Of a stretch of 64,000 nt of DNA, positions 37,601-52,600 are shown piece by piece; the first letter of the stretch is position 1, and each line of letters begins with the position of its first letter. Location: positions 518,734 through 582,733 of the forward strand of contig NMRA01000238.1 in the NCBI GenBank assembly GCA_002633005.1, given 5' to 3'. The stretch comes from Phoronis australis (Eukaryota; Animalia; Phoronida). Below the pieces are notes generated by a model. The model was given only the letters and a program-made list of their open reading frames with translations. It had not been told where the DNA came from and searched no databases. A program made the position numbers and the translations under genes.

Positions 37601-40600
37601 AGTTGTTGTGTTGTTTACTCGTGATGCTCACAGACAGGGTAGATTTTATCAATATTGATGTTTGCAACCTGTGGTGCATTTGGCCAGATTGTTTCTGGAA
37701 GTCACACACCAACATTCCTGTATAGATCCAAACCATCTCATTGAGTGTGTGGTAGGCGTCTTATGAGGGTTAATCAACAATGTTGAGTAGTCCTCTTACC
37801 TTGAGTATGGACAGCAAAGCAGTCACGAGGTCATGTGACATTGCTTTTTTAACACCTTCTGGTGACTTGGGAAGTAGATGACTCAACAATCCAAGAGCTC
37901 TCTCCCTCAACTCACTGTTCAGCAGTCCACAGCAAGTGCCAGTCAACCGTGCAGTGAATGCCCGGCTCTGTTCAGTGCTGTCCAGCGATATATTCATGAG
38001 AAGACCTAGGCAAGCTTGACAAACTAGTTCGTTGTTTTCCCTGGTAAGATCCTTCACATGTTTTTCCTACAAAACGCACGACACGAATGAGGCACGCGAT
38101 AAACATTTACACAAAATTGGGACAAGCTTTAGCATTGCAAACATGATATGCTCTCTGGCCACAAATGAAGTAGTGTTGTTATGGTTACGTGAGCAGTTCA
38201 TTCTCGTCTAATCATGGCGCTCTTTTTCTTCTTCACTTACATTATCTCCAAACTTTTTAAAGAAAAGAGACCCTGGCCATTTAAAACCAGATTTCATGTT
38301 TGCATTGTGTCGTTAATTTCAGCTGAAAACACAAACTAATAGAAGTGTCAGAGGGTTAACACTTGAACTTTGAGTTGATACTTACGAGAGCACAGCAACA
38401 AGCCACCCAACTTTCACGTCTGTTTGACAGCTTAGCTCTGATTTGAGCATCTTCACATAGGTTTGTAATGGATGATATACAAGTGGGCAGGACTAAGGCA
38501 TTTTCCACTCCAATACTCTGAAAGTGGTGAATAACAAAAAGCTCATGAACGGTTACAGGTAAACACTAACTCAAGACAAGTGAGTTAGTGTTACTATCTG
38601 TTACTTCCAACAAAAGAGGCGCAAACGTATTCAAATCATAATTATTTAATTCAGTATTCTAGGCTAAAAACTCCTAAGTCATAATGGGGAACTTGAATGA
38701 CACTAGGTGGCACTAAGGGTCCTACCCACAGAAATGCTGGCAACAAGATAATCTCGTGGAACCCTTACAAAACAAACACCCCTATGCTGATGATCTAATT
38801 AGAATTCTGCTCTCAGTTTATTCATAAGTTTAGAGGCGCCTTTCCTCATAAGAACCAGCTAGCTTGGTGAACATCCACAGTCCCCTTGTTGCTGAGTAAG
38901 AGCAGAGTGCTTAAATTTGTTACATGGTTTTTTCAGAACCACCAGTTGCCTAGAAATGAACAGTCTGAGGAATCAAATCCATTTTACAGGAATATGCTTT
39001 GCATGGTCACAAGGCCATCAACTCACCATCAGACTTTCAAATGCAGGCAAAACCTCTTCTTCAATATTTCCCCGCAACTGTTTTTTAAATCTGGAAATTA
39101 GTGCAGAAAAAGATGTATAAATTATCTTAAACATAATTCTTTATCAACTGCAGTTCAGTACTTTGTACAGGATGGTTATCAGTTGCATTATTTGGAAGTC
39201 ACTGAAATGTAAAATATTTAACCCTCTATGCAATGAAACCAAATGAACAGCACATGTTAACATCTATAAGTCTAAAAAGTAAAAATGATTACACTAAAAC
39301 TTTACAATACCAAAAATAACTAAAATTCTGTGCACACTAATTATGGTAAATGAATGGTCGGATATAACGCGCACGGATTTTGAGAACCATTTTTCTCCAA
39401 TGACTAACAGGCATCAAACTGGTTTTCAAAACATGGGCACGTTATATCAGACTATTGCCCACTAAAACAACCAAAATCAGAATGAAAATCAAGACGGACA
39501 TGAAAAGATTTACTCAAATCGCTATAAAACTACTGCTTTGCACAAGTTAACATTGATCTGAATCAAGTCTTATACAGTAAAGACAGACAGTTTGCTTTCA
39601 CACCAGTACACGCTATTAAACAAACCATACTTTTTATCTAAAGCCATGTTGTTAAGCAGTCCCACAGACAGTTTGCATTCACACCAGTACACGCTATTAA
39701 ACAAACCATACTTTTTATCTAAAGCCATGTTGTTAAGCAGTCCCACAGCATTGGAGGAGATCACTCCTTTCAACTTCATGACGTGAATGAGTGCGCCCAG
39801 CAATCTATAATTATTAAATAATACACAATAATTGCATGGAATATTGCTGCCGTGACTTCGGTCAGATTCCTACATTGGAAACACAACACACCTTTATTAG
39901 TGACCAGTGTCCAAGGCAAATGGTGCCACACGTTTGAAATCCATTAAAAAAGTGCAGTCAGGTTCACTCCTACATTAAAGTTACATGCTATATTTCATTG
40001 CAACAAGTCGAGAATTTCAATTTCAGTGTGTCAAAAAACTAAAATAAGTTAGTGAACTCAAACTTATCAAACTATGGGAGTGGTTCACAGTGAAATTTAA
40101 ATGAATGAACCACTATTCAGTAATTGAATTTCTGTCCACCAAATCAGAGTCGAGATCAAGCGGAAGTCACTTTTGTGCTCTTATTACTCTAGAGAGTGCC
40201 AATATGAAAAGACCCTATTACATTATGTACCATGAGGGGTTCATTGACAGCTTCTGCTAATAAGTTCTTCCATTAATTATATCTTGGTTAATGGTAACCT
40301 TTTAACATGGCGTTGTCGCTGCACATGGTTTTAATTTAGCAAACACCTTATTTTATCTACCTAGGTATGGAAAACGTGCTTGTCAGCTTGGCTCGTCCTA
40401 TCTCAGTCATGGACGTGTTGTGAAGCAAGTTGATAGCTGACTCTTTCAACGTTTTACGGCCATGTTTTTTGTTCTCAAGAATGCCCAACAAGTGTTCAGG
40501 GAAAGTGTCAAGGTCGAATAGTGTTCTTTGATTCTCCTCTAAAATATAAAATACAGGCAAGGTTACTTATACAATACTTACAGTAAAAGAATTCTCAAAC

Positions 40601-43600
40601 ACAAAACTTTTAAGAATGTTACGCACCCACGCTGTGGGATGAGTATCACAATTTCACTTATCGGCTAGTTGGAAGGCAGCCATGTCATTATCAGTTTGAC
40701 AGCAATAGCAAGGGTAGAAAGTTGGCAAACCAATTTTTACATACTAGTCCAGCTCTCTCATTACCTGCCCTCATCTGATAAGCTCACGTAATCTAGCAAT
40801 CATGTTGTGAACAGTGCACCTGACGCTAACCGATATGTAAAAATATTATTTCCAAATGATGTTAAGCAAATGTCGTAAAGCAGATGTATTTTGTAAAAAT
40901 TCTATCACCAAAAAACTTCAAACGGAGAAAAACGGTTGATTTTCAGAGAAATTAGACTTAACTTTCACCTGCTGATTCCTTTGTGTGACTAAGCTCTGAT
41001 CCATTACTACCAAAGCATTGTGTACCAAAACAACAGGCTTGTTTGTCAAGTTAAATCGAACGTGATACAAGATCAGATCTTCATATTGGAAACTTCTAGG
41101 TTTTACCAGTCCAGGGGAATGGTGCACAACAAAGATTCACAGGACTTTACTTTCAACATGGTTTGTATGGTGAACATTAGGTAAAATTTTGAGCAGTTGT
41201 AACTAATGAATGTGGTAAGCTCTAAAGGAGATACATGTCAGTTTTAGCAGTTATTTATGTCCCAGTTTGAAGAATTTTTACCGTAAACACTCAACATAAT
41301 TAACAAAATTTCTTTTTACAACACAGCTTTACTTTTTGTTTGCTTGACTGCATTTGAGTTAAACACATGCTTTCCTTATCATATCTAGTAACTGCTGTAC
41401 GCATGTGATATGTTATCCACACGCGTAATGAACATGGAAAGTTGATGCTTCTGTCTGTGAAATTATAACCACATTGTCAAGAGGAACTTTAACCCCCTCC
41501 CATCATGACAACAGCTTAGTGAGAACACTTTGAAAAGCAAAGTCTGCTGACAGGTGATGCCGTACTATAAACTCTCCCTTTTTGGGCATGGCAGTGCACA
41601 TGAGGCTGTGTGTCTGTACTCCAATGACCACCAATTTAGAAACGGTATTTCAATGGATTCTGAATGCAAACAGGGCACTGTCATGGCAGAATGTCAGACA
41701 GGCTCCTTGACTCTTTTTGATGGGTGTGTGAGCTGGCAAATTAGGATACCCACAGCAGGGCTGCACTACGTTAACTCATGAACAGCGTACAAGAAAAAGG
41801 TCCCAAGTTGCCAAATGGGAAAGGAGGTTGCCAAATCGAGGAAACCCCGAATGAGGGTTGTGAAAGTCCTGGCCCCTACGGACGATGCATACTTGGCAGC
41901 AGCCAAAAATGAAACAAAAGCAACACCTGAATTGACAAAATGGCAAACCCAGCAGTGTCGGCTGATATGCCCGAGATTGCCTGGAAGGCATTTTTAGTTA
42001 AATGGAAGCTTAGGAGAGTCTCAATTCCTCTCCCTCTCCCTCTCCGTCTCCCTCAATTTATGAGAAAACTTTACTTGAACAAAAAACTTCATGAGCTATA
42101 CTGCAGTGAGTCAGACTTTCAGTTGTTACCAAACACTAAGGACGGAGATAATAATACTAAGGATGGAGAGAAGAACAGCGTAACAGGACATACCATTATC
42201 CTGACAAGCAGCACAACACAAGTCAAGAAGAGCCCAGCAGACGTCTGCTTCTTCACTGGATAAATTCCCCTTGCATCCAGACAAGCACCTATAGACATAC
42301 ACAGAGACAAAGTTTAAAAAATAAGACATTACCACGAATCGTGAAATTATTAAAAACATGTCATGGTGTCAATAAACATTGCTACTATGATCGATCATTC
42401 TGAAAAATTATAGTTCGCTTGAAAGAGTAGAGCATTTGTCATGAAACAAACTAAATTATAATAAGGGTTTAGCATATTACAATATTTTACATAATATTGA
42501 GAAATAGCTTATCAATGTTGAAAGTCGGGGGTCACTCTTGCTAACTGTTGAGCCTTAGATGCATGACTATACTAAGCCTTTTTTGCATTGAAATTTTCAA
42601 CGGTTAGAAATTATAGCTATAAACGATGTGAAAATATTTTGATACGTAAGGGGCTAGAGGCCTAGACTAATTGCTATATTACGAGCTTACCTTGCAACTG
42701 TCGAATGTTCGTGAACAAGATTGAAGCCACCATTAGTTCTGAACAACGTTCTTTGGTTAGCTAGAAAGGAAAATGACACATTCATCTTGTATCTTTTATG
42801 CAANGAAATTAGACTTAACTTTCACCTGCTGATTCCTTTGTGTGACTAAGCTCTGACCCGTTACTACCAAAGCATTGTGTACCAAAACAACAGGCTTGTT
42901 TGTCAAGTTAAATCGAACGTGATACAAGATCAGATCTTGATGTTGGAAACTTCTAGGTTTTACCAGTCCAGGGCAATGGTGCACAACAAAGATTCACTTT
43001 ACTTTCAATATGGTTTTTATGGTGAACATTACGTAAAATTTTGAGCAGTTGTAAGAAATGAATGTGGTAAGCTCTAAAGGAGATACATGTCAGTTTTAGC
43101 AGTTATTTATGTCCCAGTTTGAAGAATTTTTACCGTAAACACTCAACATAATTAACACAAAATTTCCTTTTACAACACAGCTTTACTTTTTGTTTGCTTG
43201 ATTGCATTTGAGTTAAACACATGCTTTCCTTATTTTATCTAGTAACTGCTGTACGCATGTGATATGTTATCCACACGCGTAATGAACATGGAAAGTTGAT
43301 GCTTCTGTCTGTGAAATTATAACCACATTGTCAAGAGGAACTTTAACCCCCTCCCATCACGACAACAGCTGAGTGAGAAAACTTTGAAAAGCAAAGTCTG
43401 CTGACAGGTGATCCCGTACTATAAACTCTCCCTTTCTGGGCATGGCAAAGCACATGAGGCTGTTTGTCTGTACTCCAATGACCACCAATTTAGAAACGGT
43501 ATTTCAATGGATTATGAATGCAAACAGGGCACTGTCGTGGCAGAATGTCAGACAGGCTCCTTGACTCTTTTTGATGGGTGTGTGAGCTGGCAAATTAGGA

Positions 43601-46600
43601 TACCCACAGCAGGGCTGCACTACGTTAACTCATGAAAAGCGTCCCAAGTTGCCAAATGGGAAAGGAGGTTGCCAAATCGAGGAAACCCCGAATGAGGGCT
43701 GTGAAAGTCCTGGCCCCTACGGATGATGCATACTTGGCAGCAGCCAAAAATGAAACAAAAGCAACACCTGAATTGACAAAATGGCAAACCCAGCAGTGTC
43801 GGCTGATATGCCCGAGATTGCCTGGAAGGCATTTTTAGTTAAATGGAAGCTTAGGAGAGTCTCAATTCCTCTCCCTCTCCCTCTCCGTCTCCCTCAATTT
43901 ATGAGAAAACTTTACTTGAACAAAAAACTTCATGAGCTATACTGCAGTGAGTCAGACTTTCAGTTGTTACCAAACACTAAGGACGGAGATAATAATACTA
44001 AGGATGGAGAGAAGAACAGCGTAACAGGACATACCATTATCCTGACAAGCAGCACAACACAAGTCAAGAAGAGCCCAGCAGACGTCTGCTTCTTCACTGG
44101 ATAAATTCCCCTTGCATCCAGACAAGCACCTATAGACATACACAGAGACAAAGTTTAAAAAATAAGACATTACCACGAATCGTGAAATTATTAAAAACAT
44201 GTCATGGTGTCAATAAACATTGCTACTATGATCGATCATTCTGAAAAATTATAGTTCGCTTGAAAGAGTAGAGCATTTGTCATGAAACAAACTAAATTAT
44301 AATAAGGGTTTAGCATATTACAATATTTTACATAATATTGAGAAATAGCTTATCAATGTTGAAAGTCGGGGGTCACTCTTGCTAACTGTTGAGCCTTAGA
44401 TGCATGACTATACTAAGCCTTTTTTGCATTGAAATTTTCAACGGTTAGAAATTATAGCTATAAACGATGTGAAAATATTTTGATACGTAAGGGGCTAGAG
44501 GCCTAGACTAATTGCTATATTACGAGCTTACCTTGCAACTGTCGAATGTTCGTGAACAAGATTGAAGCCACCATTAGTTCTGAACAACGTTCTTTGGTTA
44601 GCTAGAAAGGAAAATGACACATTCATCTTGTATCTTTTATGCAATACATGTAATACTGCACACATTTCATATACACATATAACATAAAATTTGTGTGCAT
44701 GTTCTGATCAGTAATTGTTTGAAATTAGAAAATTATTTTAGGATGGTGAAGCATTATTGTCCTACTACTAATCTAGTATAATGAAAAAAAGAACACATAA
44801 AATTTCCCTTGTCTACTGTGTCACATCCTAAACGGTGAGACTTGAATATATGCAGTGTAACATTTACAATGAACCCCCATCGTCCCATTAAGACCTTACT
44901 CCCTCTGGCTGCACTAATGTACAATGAACCAAAATCAGATAATTGTGATTCAGAATACCTCATCTAATCATATTTTTTGTTTATGAATTACAAAAAATCC
45001 ATCAGTAAGAAGCCAAATTTGTTCAAGCCACTTTTAGAAGCTGCTGGTAGATAACGGCAGACAATAGGCTGCACTTCATAATAGAGAAAGACCATATTAC
45101 AATTTCCCCACTGCTAAGTGTATAGGAAGGCTGATAAACCAGAGTTAGTTACGTGTTAACACACAAGAGCACTTTGTCTCCTTTACTAAACATATGTGGA
45201 ATACAACAGTAACGGAAACAAATTAAATTTAGGACAAAAATAATTCCTAAAATTGCCATATTTTTATTTTTCAGAGCTTACCACATTGTTTCATAATCTC
45301 AAAACTTTACCAATATGTTTGTTGCTACACCATGCAATCATTCTAATTATCCTGAAAAGTTATCTGAGTTGAGAAATTTGACAAAATAAAATTTCACTCA
45401 TCTGCCATACTGTGTCCCAAACTGAAGAATATTTACTGCACACAATAAGCCAGAACCACCCCACTCACTGTCAGTCAGTAAAGTACACAGTAGCCTCAGT
45501 CCTCCACTGTAATACATCGGCAGTTGGTCTGCTTTTCCAATTTTCTCCATCACATCCACTATGGAGGTGGACTCCATGGAACCCTCCTCTAAGAACTTCT
45601 TGGCGCTCATCTCTTGTTGGTCAGTAGCTTTGGTCAGCTCCACCTCTGCCAGGTAGTCTGCGTTAAAGGGAGAAAAATAAGTACGTTAGTTAGCGGCAGA
45701 GCAAAAACTATGAGCAAAAATGAGTTTTTGGTAAGCAGTCCTAAATTTCAGATCAGTCTGATTTGATTTTCAGCTCACGCTATGAGAATATGAATTTCAA
45801 GATTTTTTCTACATTAATCACATAAACAATAACTTCAATTACCTGTGTGGTACTTTGTATTCCACTGAAAGTATTACACAGTCCAACAAAACAGGCAGTT
45901 ACAAGCTAGATAACTGCAGTAATTATGCACCATACTGTGACTTCAGTTTACTTTGTAGACCAGAAACAGAAAGGTTATGGATACCAATGGACACTGATTA
46001 CAAAACTATACACGAATGTAGACATTTTAATTACCTAATTTTGAATGACCATTCAATCTCTAGTGCCTCAACAAATACATTTAATGAAATCAATGTTCAA
46101 TCTATATTCCACAAATTAAATTGAAAGCCTCTTAAGATGCCTTCCAGTCTTGTGTATGTAGTTTTGTTTTGCCGCGCCTTGACATATTAATGATATTAAA
46201 CTATAAAATACAATAAAGAACACCTCACCATGAACAGTCTGTTTCTTTGTGGGGTCAATTTCCAGAACCTTTTGGAAGTTTTCAACAGCTTTATCATATT
46301 CCTTCAGAGACAGGTAAGCTCTTCCCATGTGAACATAGGCCTTCAGACAGTTCTCAAACACCTGTGTTCAAACACCATTAATCATTTAAAGTTATATTGG
46401 GCAGCAATGTTAATGAAATAGTTATTAACTTAGGACATCCCGTTTTACAAAATGATGAGCCTTGAATGTTGTGATTCTTACTGAAATGGTGAAATAAGGC
46501 AAGTCTACCGTCGGAGTGGAGGTCACAAGCGTTATCTCTTGCTTAGTGAGCCACTTAATGCTTTTTTCTTTTTCTTTGAAGTTGGTCATTTTTGACACAT

Positions 46601-49600
46601 CTAAGTCCTGCTCAATAAAATTTCACACAATTGGAATAAATAAAAGTAAGATAGAATAATGTGGAGTTTTTTTTGTAAAAACAAATCCAACCTACTCAAT
46701 ACTGAACTTAACTTTTTCAGGCGACCACTGCCATCAGGTTTGATTTTTTGATCTGTGATATCTTCTCAAAAACATACAGTATGAGACAAAAGTAATCAGA
46801 CAAGATACCACAGTATCAGACAAAAGTAGTCAGACAATACAGGTACAGTACCAGACAAAAGTAACCAGACAATACAGCTACAGTACCAGACACAAGTAAT
46901 CAGAGAATACAACTACAGTACCAGACAAAAGTAATCAGACAATATACTGTCTCCCCCTCAAGGTGGTCTATTCAGTTAACTGAAAAAACGACTGGTAATG
47001 GCAGCAAAATTCTAATTACAAAATGGTTTAACCACTTGACTAACTTTCCTGCTAATTTCCTTTCATCCTCCGCCATGAAAACCACTCTGACAATGAATTT
47101 GTCTTCTGCCCAGCCGCCATGACGGGGAATTACAGCCATGGTCATTTTGTTTGAATACTCCGGGTGAGAATTTGACACGTATGACACGCTCTAAAAACGT
47201 GTAGTATTGGAACGCCCTAAAAGCGTGTCGAACGTGTAAAACGTGGCGTGTCAAACGTGTAAAATATAGCATGTCAAACGTGTCAAAAACGTGAAAAATT
47301 CTCAACCGGGACGTTTGGCTTGCATTGTACTAATTGTGGGCGATGATTAAAGTTTAACACACTTTGTGGTTGAACAAGTTTAATAACTAAAACAAGCTGA
47401 ACAAAACTAAAATAATCTAACCCTAATCCAAAACGAGAATACATGCAAATCAGTTAAACATTACACACCTTGAGAGCCCATTCACAGTCCTCTATAGCCT
47501 TGTGATACTCTCCAACCTTGATGTAGGCCTGAGCCCTGTTAGTATAGATTGCAGTGTTGTCTCTTATATGATCTCTAGCCTGAAATTATACGCATCATCA
47601 CCACCATCATTTGAAGAAGCTCAGATAGCAAGTCCTGTCTACATAATTGGTTTTTAACTTGCTTTTACCAATTAAGAAGTATACCCACATCTTCTATAAT
47701 AACAATTTTTGATTTAGGCTGCATACTGTTATTAAATTGTATTCACTTTGTTAATTACTCAGGTTAGAAATGATATCTAGACTTGAGCAAAACTAACAGG
47801 TTGGGACTTGCTTCAGACCAAGCCCATTAAGCCATTTGTTCTAAGGGTAGGTTAGTTCCAGTCGTCACTAGGGAAATTTCAGGCGACACAATGAAGTCAA
47901 TTCCAATTCAAATACAGGATAAGGACAACATGAAGTTGCTTTGCAAGTGTAAACATTCTTGTGAAGAAATTTAATGTTTTTAGCACCAGAACACAGTATA
48001 TAAAATTTGAACCAGTTTAATATCAACAAAAAATACAATTTGACAGCAGAAAAAATTTACCAGAAAATCGAATAAAACTTCAAATTGATCATGTGATTCT
48101 TGTTGATACTAAGTCCTTTCAGAGTTTGCAAAACTGAGAAATATCGGTTAATGTGTAAATGTTACAGATTTGAAAATGACAGCAAGCAGCTGTGCAAATG
48201 AAGTTCATTCATGGAAGACTAGTTCAAAACAATTAAGAGATGCTATGTAAAACAATAAAGAGATGCTATGTGAAACAATAAAGAGATGCTATGTGAAACA
48301 ATAAAGAGATGGTATGTGAAACAATAAAGAGATGCTATGTAAAACAATTAAGAGATGCTATGTGAAACAATAAAGAGATGGTATGTAAAACAATAAAGAG
48401 ATGCTATGTAAAACAATAAAGAGATGCAATGTGAAACAATAAAGAGATGCTATGTGAAACAACAGAGATGGTATGTAAAACAATAAAGAGATGCTATGTG
48501 AAACAATAAAGAGATGCTATGTGAAACAATAAAGAGATGCTATGTGAAACAATAAAGAGATGCTATGTGAAACAATAAAGAGATGGTATGTAAAACAATA
48601 AAGAGATGCTATGTAAAACAATAAAGAGATGCTATGTAAAACAACTAAGATATGCTATGTAAAACAATTAAGATTTGCAATGAAAAATGTCCAGAAATTA
48701 TATTCTGTGTCCTAAAACTGAGAATAGTGTAATACATTCCACTTACACCACAGCCTTTCCAGTCAAAAGTATCCCAACCAACCAGACTCCTATATCATTG
48801 TGATGGCTCGTAATCACTGTCTGACCACATTGCATTGATTCTAATTTTCTCTGATAACAAAGTGGAATGGCTGATCATGCTTGAGCCAGCCACCAGTAGA
48901 ACACTTATTCTAACATCTGTGGCACTAACAAACACAACCTATCTTCTATTTCTTGTTAAGTGTACAAGTAAGTTCACAATACGGATATGTAGTACTATAA
49001 AGTGGGGTTTAAAGGTGACGACGACAATGGTGTTTCATGCCAAAGCAAAGGAAGCAAAGTTCATGCACCTGGACCTGTATTTGGCTCACCTCTGTGTATA
49101 GTTCTATAGCCTTGTGGTAATTACCAGCTTTAAACTCAACATTGCCTTCATCCTTCAGCTTGTCGGCTATCTTTTTCCTTCTTTGTTTGTCTGCATACCT
49201 TCGGGCGGCGTCTTTTTCAAGGGCATCCATGAAGGCCGCTTAAACAGATAGAATTTTAGAAGTTCATGGATAGGCAACACAGACTATTTTTATGTCATAC
49301 ATGAATGGCAATGAACAGAACAAATAGATTATTGATAACTTAATACCACAGCTTACTGAAAAAGGATAATAAAGACAATGGTAAGAAAGCTGTTGTTGAC
49401 ATGATAGATGAGGTAAAATATGAAATATAAAGAGACTGCTGCATCGGTAAAGTAAGAATTAAAACGTCCAATACTTAATATATTCCACCCTTTTGTATTT
49501 CGTATTTTGTCTCAGTTTCATGAACATGTTTAGCACATCACAACAATTGATGTGTAACAGGCAGAAAGTGCTGTAATCCAAGAAGACTGCCACAGTTGTT

Positions 49601-52600
49601 CATGTTTTGACATTAATGAAATGACACTATTTCACATTATACCTTAACTGTATAGCTACAGTGGCAGCTGGGGTACACGACAGACTGCCCCATATGCAAG
49701 CACTCAGCTTGAATTCTTGAGAATGTGGACCTTTCACTAAGATTCATGGAGTACGTTCAGAGCTATGAATTTTGCATTCGCAGAGTTTTGGTAGTTCTTG
49801 CCTTTTTAGTAGACTTTTGTCTCATTTTCTACTTTTTGTCAGAATTTTTTGTTTCTCTGGGGCAGACCTTTTTGCCCACTTCGCCAAATTGGGGCTCATT
49901 CGAGCCTTCTGAGCCCCCCTAGGTGCGCGAATACCCCATTCAATTTCACTGCGTTCTTTGGGGACCCGTATTAAACATCACTTGGGTAAGTGGGGGTGTA
50001 CACAAGTCAGGTCGCCCTATTATGTTGCTTAAACAGGTTACACAATAGAGGTTGGAACATATCAATAAAGGAACAGCAGGGTAGAGTTCAATAGGACCTC
50101 GCTAAAAAGCAAGACTTCATGAGATTACACGAGATATTGCCCTGAATTTTAAATGAGTACACATGATTTTGGCTAGATTTTTCTATCCGCGAGGCTGAGC
50201 TACTGAATGCTACCCAATTCCATTTTGCATTATTTAACCGGTTTTTGTCATTCAAACAAAAAAGTTTGATTTTCCATAACGAATTTAGTTTTTTTTAGTC
50301 TGGAGTGTCTTAAATGGGTGGGAAATCATAGTTGCTGCACACAGCCAATGGTTACCACGGACACACATCTCTTTTCTCTTAATCCCCAAATGAACGAAGC
50401 CAGTCATAACAGTGAAAGCACAGTGATAAATGCCCAGTGTAATCCCAACTGGTAATAATCATTAGCATAATGCCAAAAGGGGTCAGCACATAGCAATATT
50501 TTGTAACCTTTTCAGTCATAATAAAACTACAGCACTAAAGATTGAAATTAAATTAAGGAATGGTACTCAGCCAACAGTAAATAGTACATAGAAAAGACTA
50601 CACCAAATATCTACCTTGGTCCATGTTGTCAGTGTAAGCAGCATCGTCATCATTGTTAGGTTTGTCTTGGAAGGCTTTAGTGTTAATAACAGTACGATTT
50701 ACTCCTACAAATGCAAAGAATATAAGTATTCGCCAGATGATAAATTAAAAAATGCAACAGAACTTTCAGACATTACAGACAGAATCATATGAATTCAGTG
50801 CAAAACTAAATTAAATTTGCAAACCTGTGCTCAAGCTCTTAAAGTCTTTTCAAACTTTTGTTAATGTCATGAATTGAGCAACTATTGGAAACACATTTGA
50901 TACGAAGAATAAAAACAAGCACTTTGTGAACAGTAAGTAAATAATACATCATTTACAAGAACCACAAAGTAGAACAATATTCCTTAATTACCGGTTCGAT
51001 CTGGAGCAGGATATTTTTTCTTTTTTGGTTTTTCCTCCAGACTCTTCAGGATTTTATCTGCCTTGGCAACAGCCTGCTCACGAGTGGAATCATCCTCATG
51101 ACTCAATCCTTTGATGACAGACTCTGCAAATGACAAGATAACATTTGAAGACTTTGCAACATTCCAGTGATTACATTGACCAGTAAATACCAGTGTTTTA
51201 CCTGAATTTTTAAGTCAGAAAAGAATTTTGTTATCTCCACCAGATCTTTGAGACTGGCAACATATTGATCAATTACGATGATCGAAAAAAAATCTATGCG
51301 TGAGCCAATTCAACATATGCAAATATGTTTCTCTAAAACAATCAACTGAGAGTTAACAATACAGTGGAAAATGAATGTCGGCATTTCAGATGCGAGATAA
51401 TGAAGTTTAGTTGTACCATGGTAACATATTAAATGAATACTATGCATTTTATTATTTGTTCGTCAGAAAAGTTTAAAAAATATCCATCTAAGAACATGTC
51501 TTTAGGGTAGAACCTGCTCCACCTGTACTGCTGCAGATAAGTATTTTTACAATCAACATGTGGTGCTTGACAATGCTGTCCTGGTTTTTGTTCAGAGTTG
51601 ACTTTCTTCATGCTTTTTAATATACAAGAGTTCATCAATTCTATTTTTCATTTAACTCCAATAGTTTTCCGCTAAGTACAGATAACTTCCAACCAGTTCT
51701 GTCCACCATCACCTAGTCATCACAAACGTGACACATAAACGAATCAACTCGGACCTCACCGTGGCCTCTTGTTCCTCCACTTATGTGGCACTGAACTCCC
51801 TCACTTTAATGTGAACCATACGACATAAATCATACATTGTTGCTTCAATTTTTATCTGAGAAAGTCAACTTAGACTTAAATAACAGGCGAATTTCTTCAT
51901 GGACCAGAATTCAATAGCTGGCATTTCAAAACCTCACAGAACCACTGTATTCTACAACAATAAGTGGCTATTGCATCTACAGTTGTATTGATTGTGGTAT
52001 TCCAGGCTACAACGATGAATGGATCATCAATGACTGGTCTTTCATCAAAATGCCAAGGAATGGCTCTTAAATGCTTGCACCTGGTCTCACCATCATCAGT
52101 ACTCAATTGGTTACCCTGGCAGATCACCTTGGGCCTACAGTCATACTCTCCATCATTTTGTAAAATATTTAACACAATAAAGACAAGTTGAACAGAAATT
52201 TTAAAAAAAATCAATGAAAGAGGTAGCTGTATACAAAGCTGTATGCTAAATATACAGCTTTGTGTCGATGTGGGTAAAAAAATGACTAGATAAAATATGA
52301 CACAAAATTAGTGTCATTAAAAATTGCACCCTTCCTTGAGTACACACATTTATTTACCGGTGATGGAAAAATTGGCGTTCTACCGTTATTCTGCAGCTAA
52401 AGTTGTGGAGCAATCTTATGTGTCACCTATATTGGCCAGTTTCTTTTTTCGCCAATTCTTCAATCAACTGTTAAGTTCTTTCATGAAGTTGCATGCTCGT
52501 CACAACCAATAATCGATCTGGTTTCACTTTTTAGAATTTTGATTCCAGCAAACCAAATTTCAGAAGAAATTTTGCTGCTGCCAAGCTATCATGATCTCCT

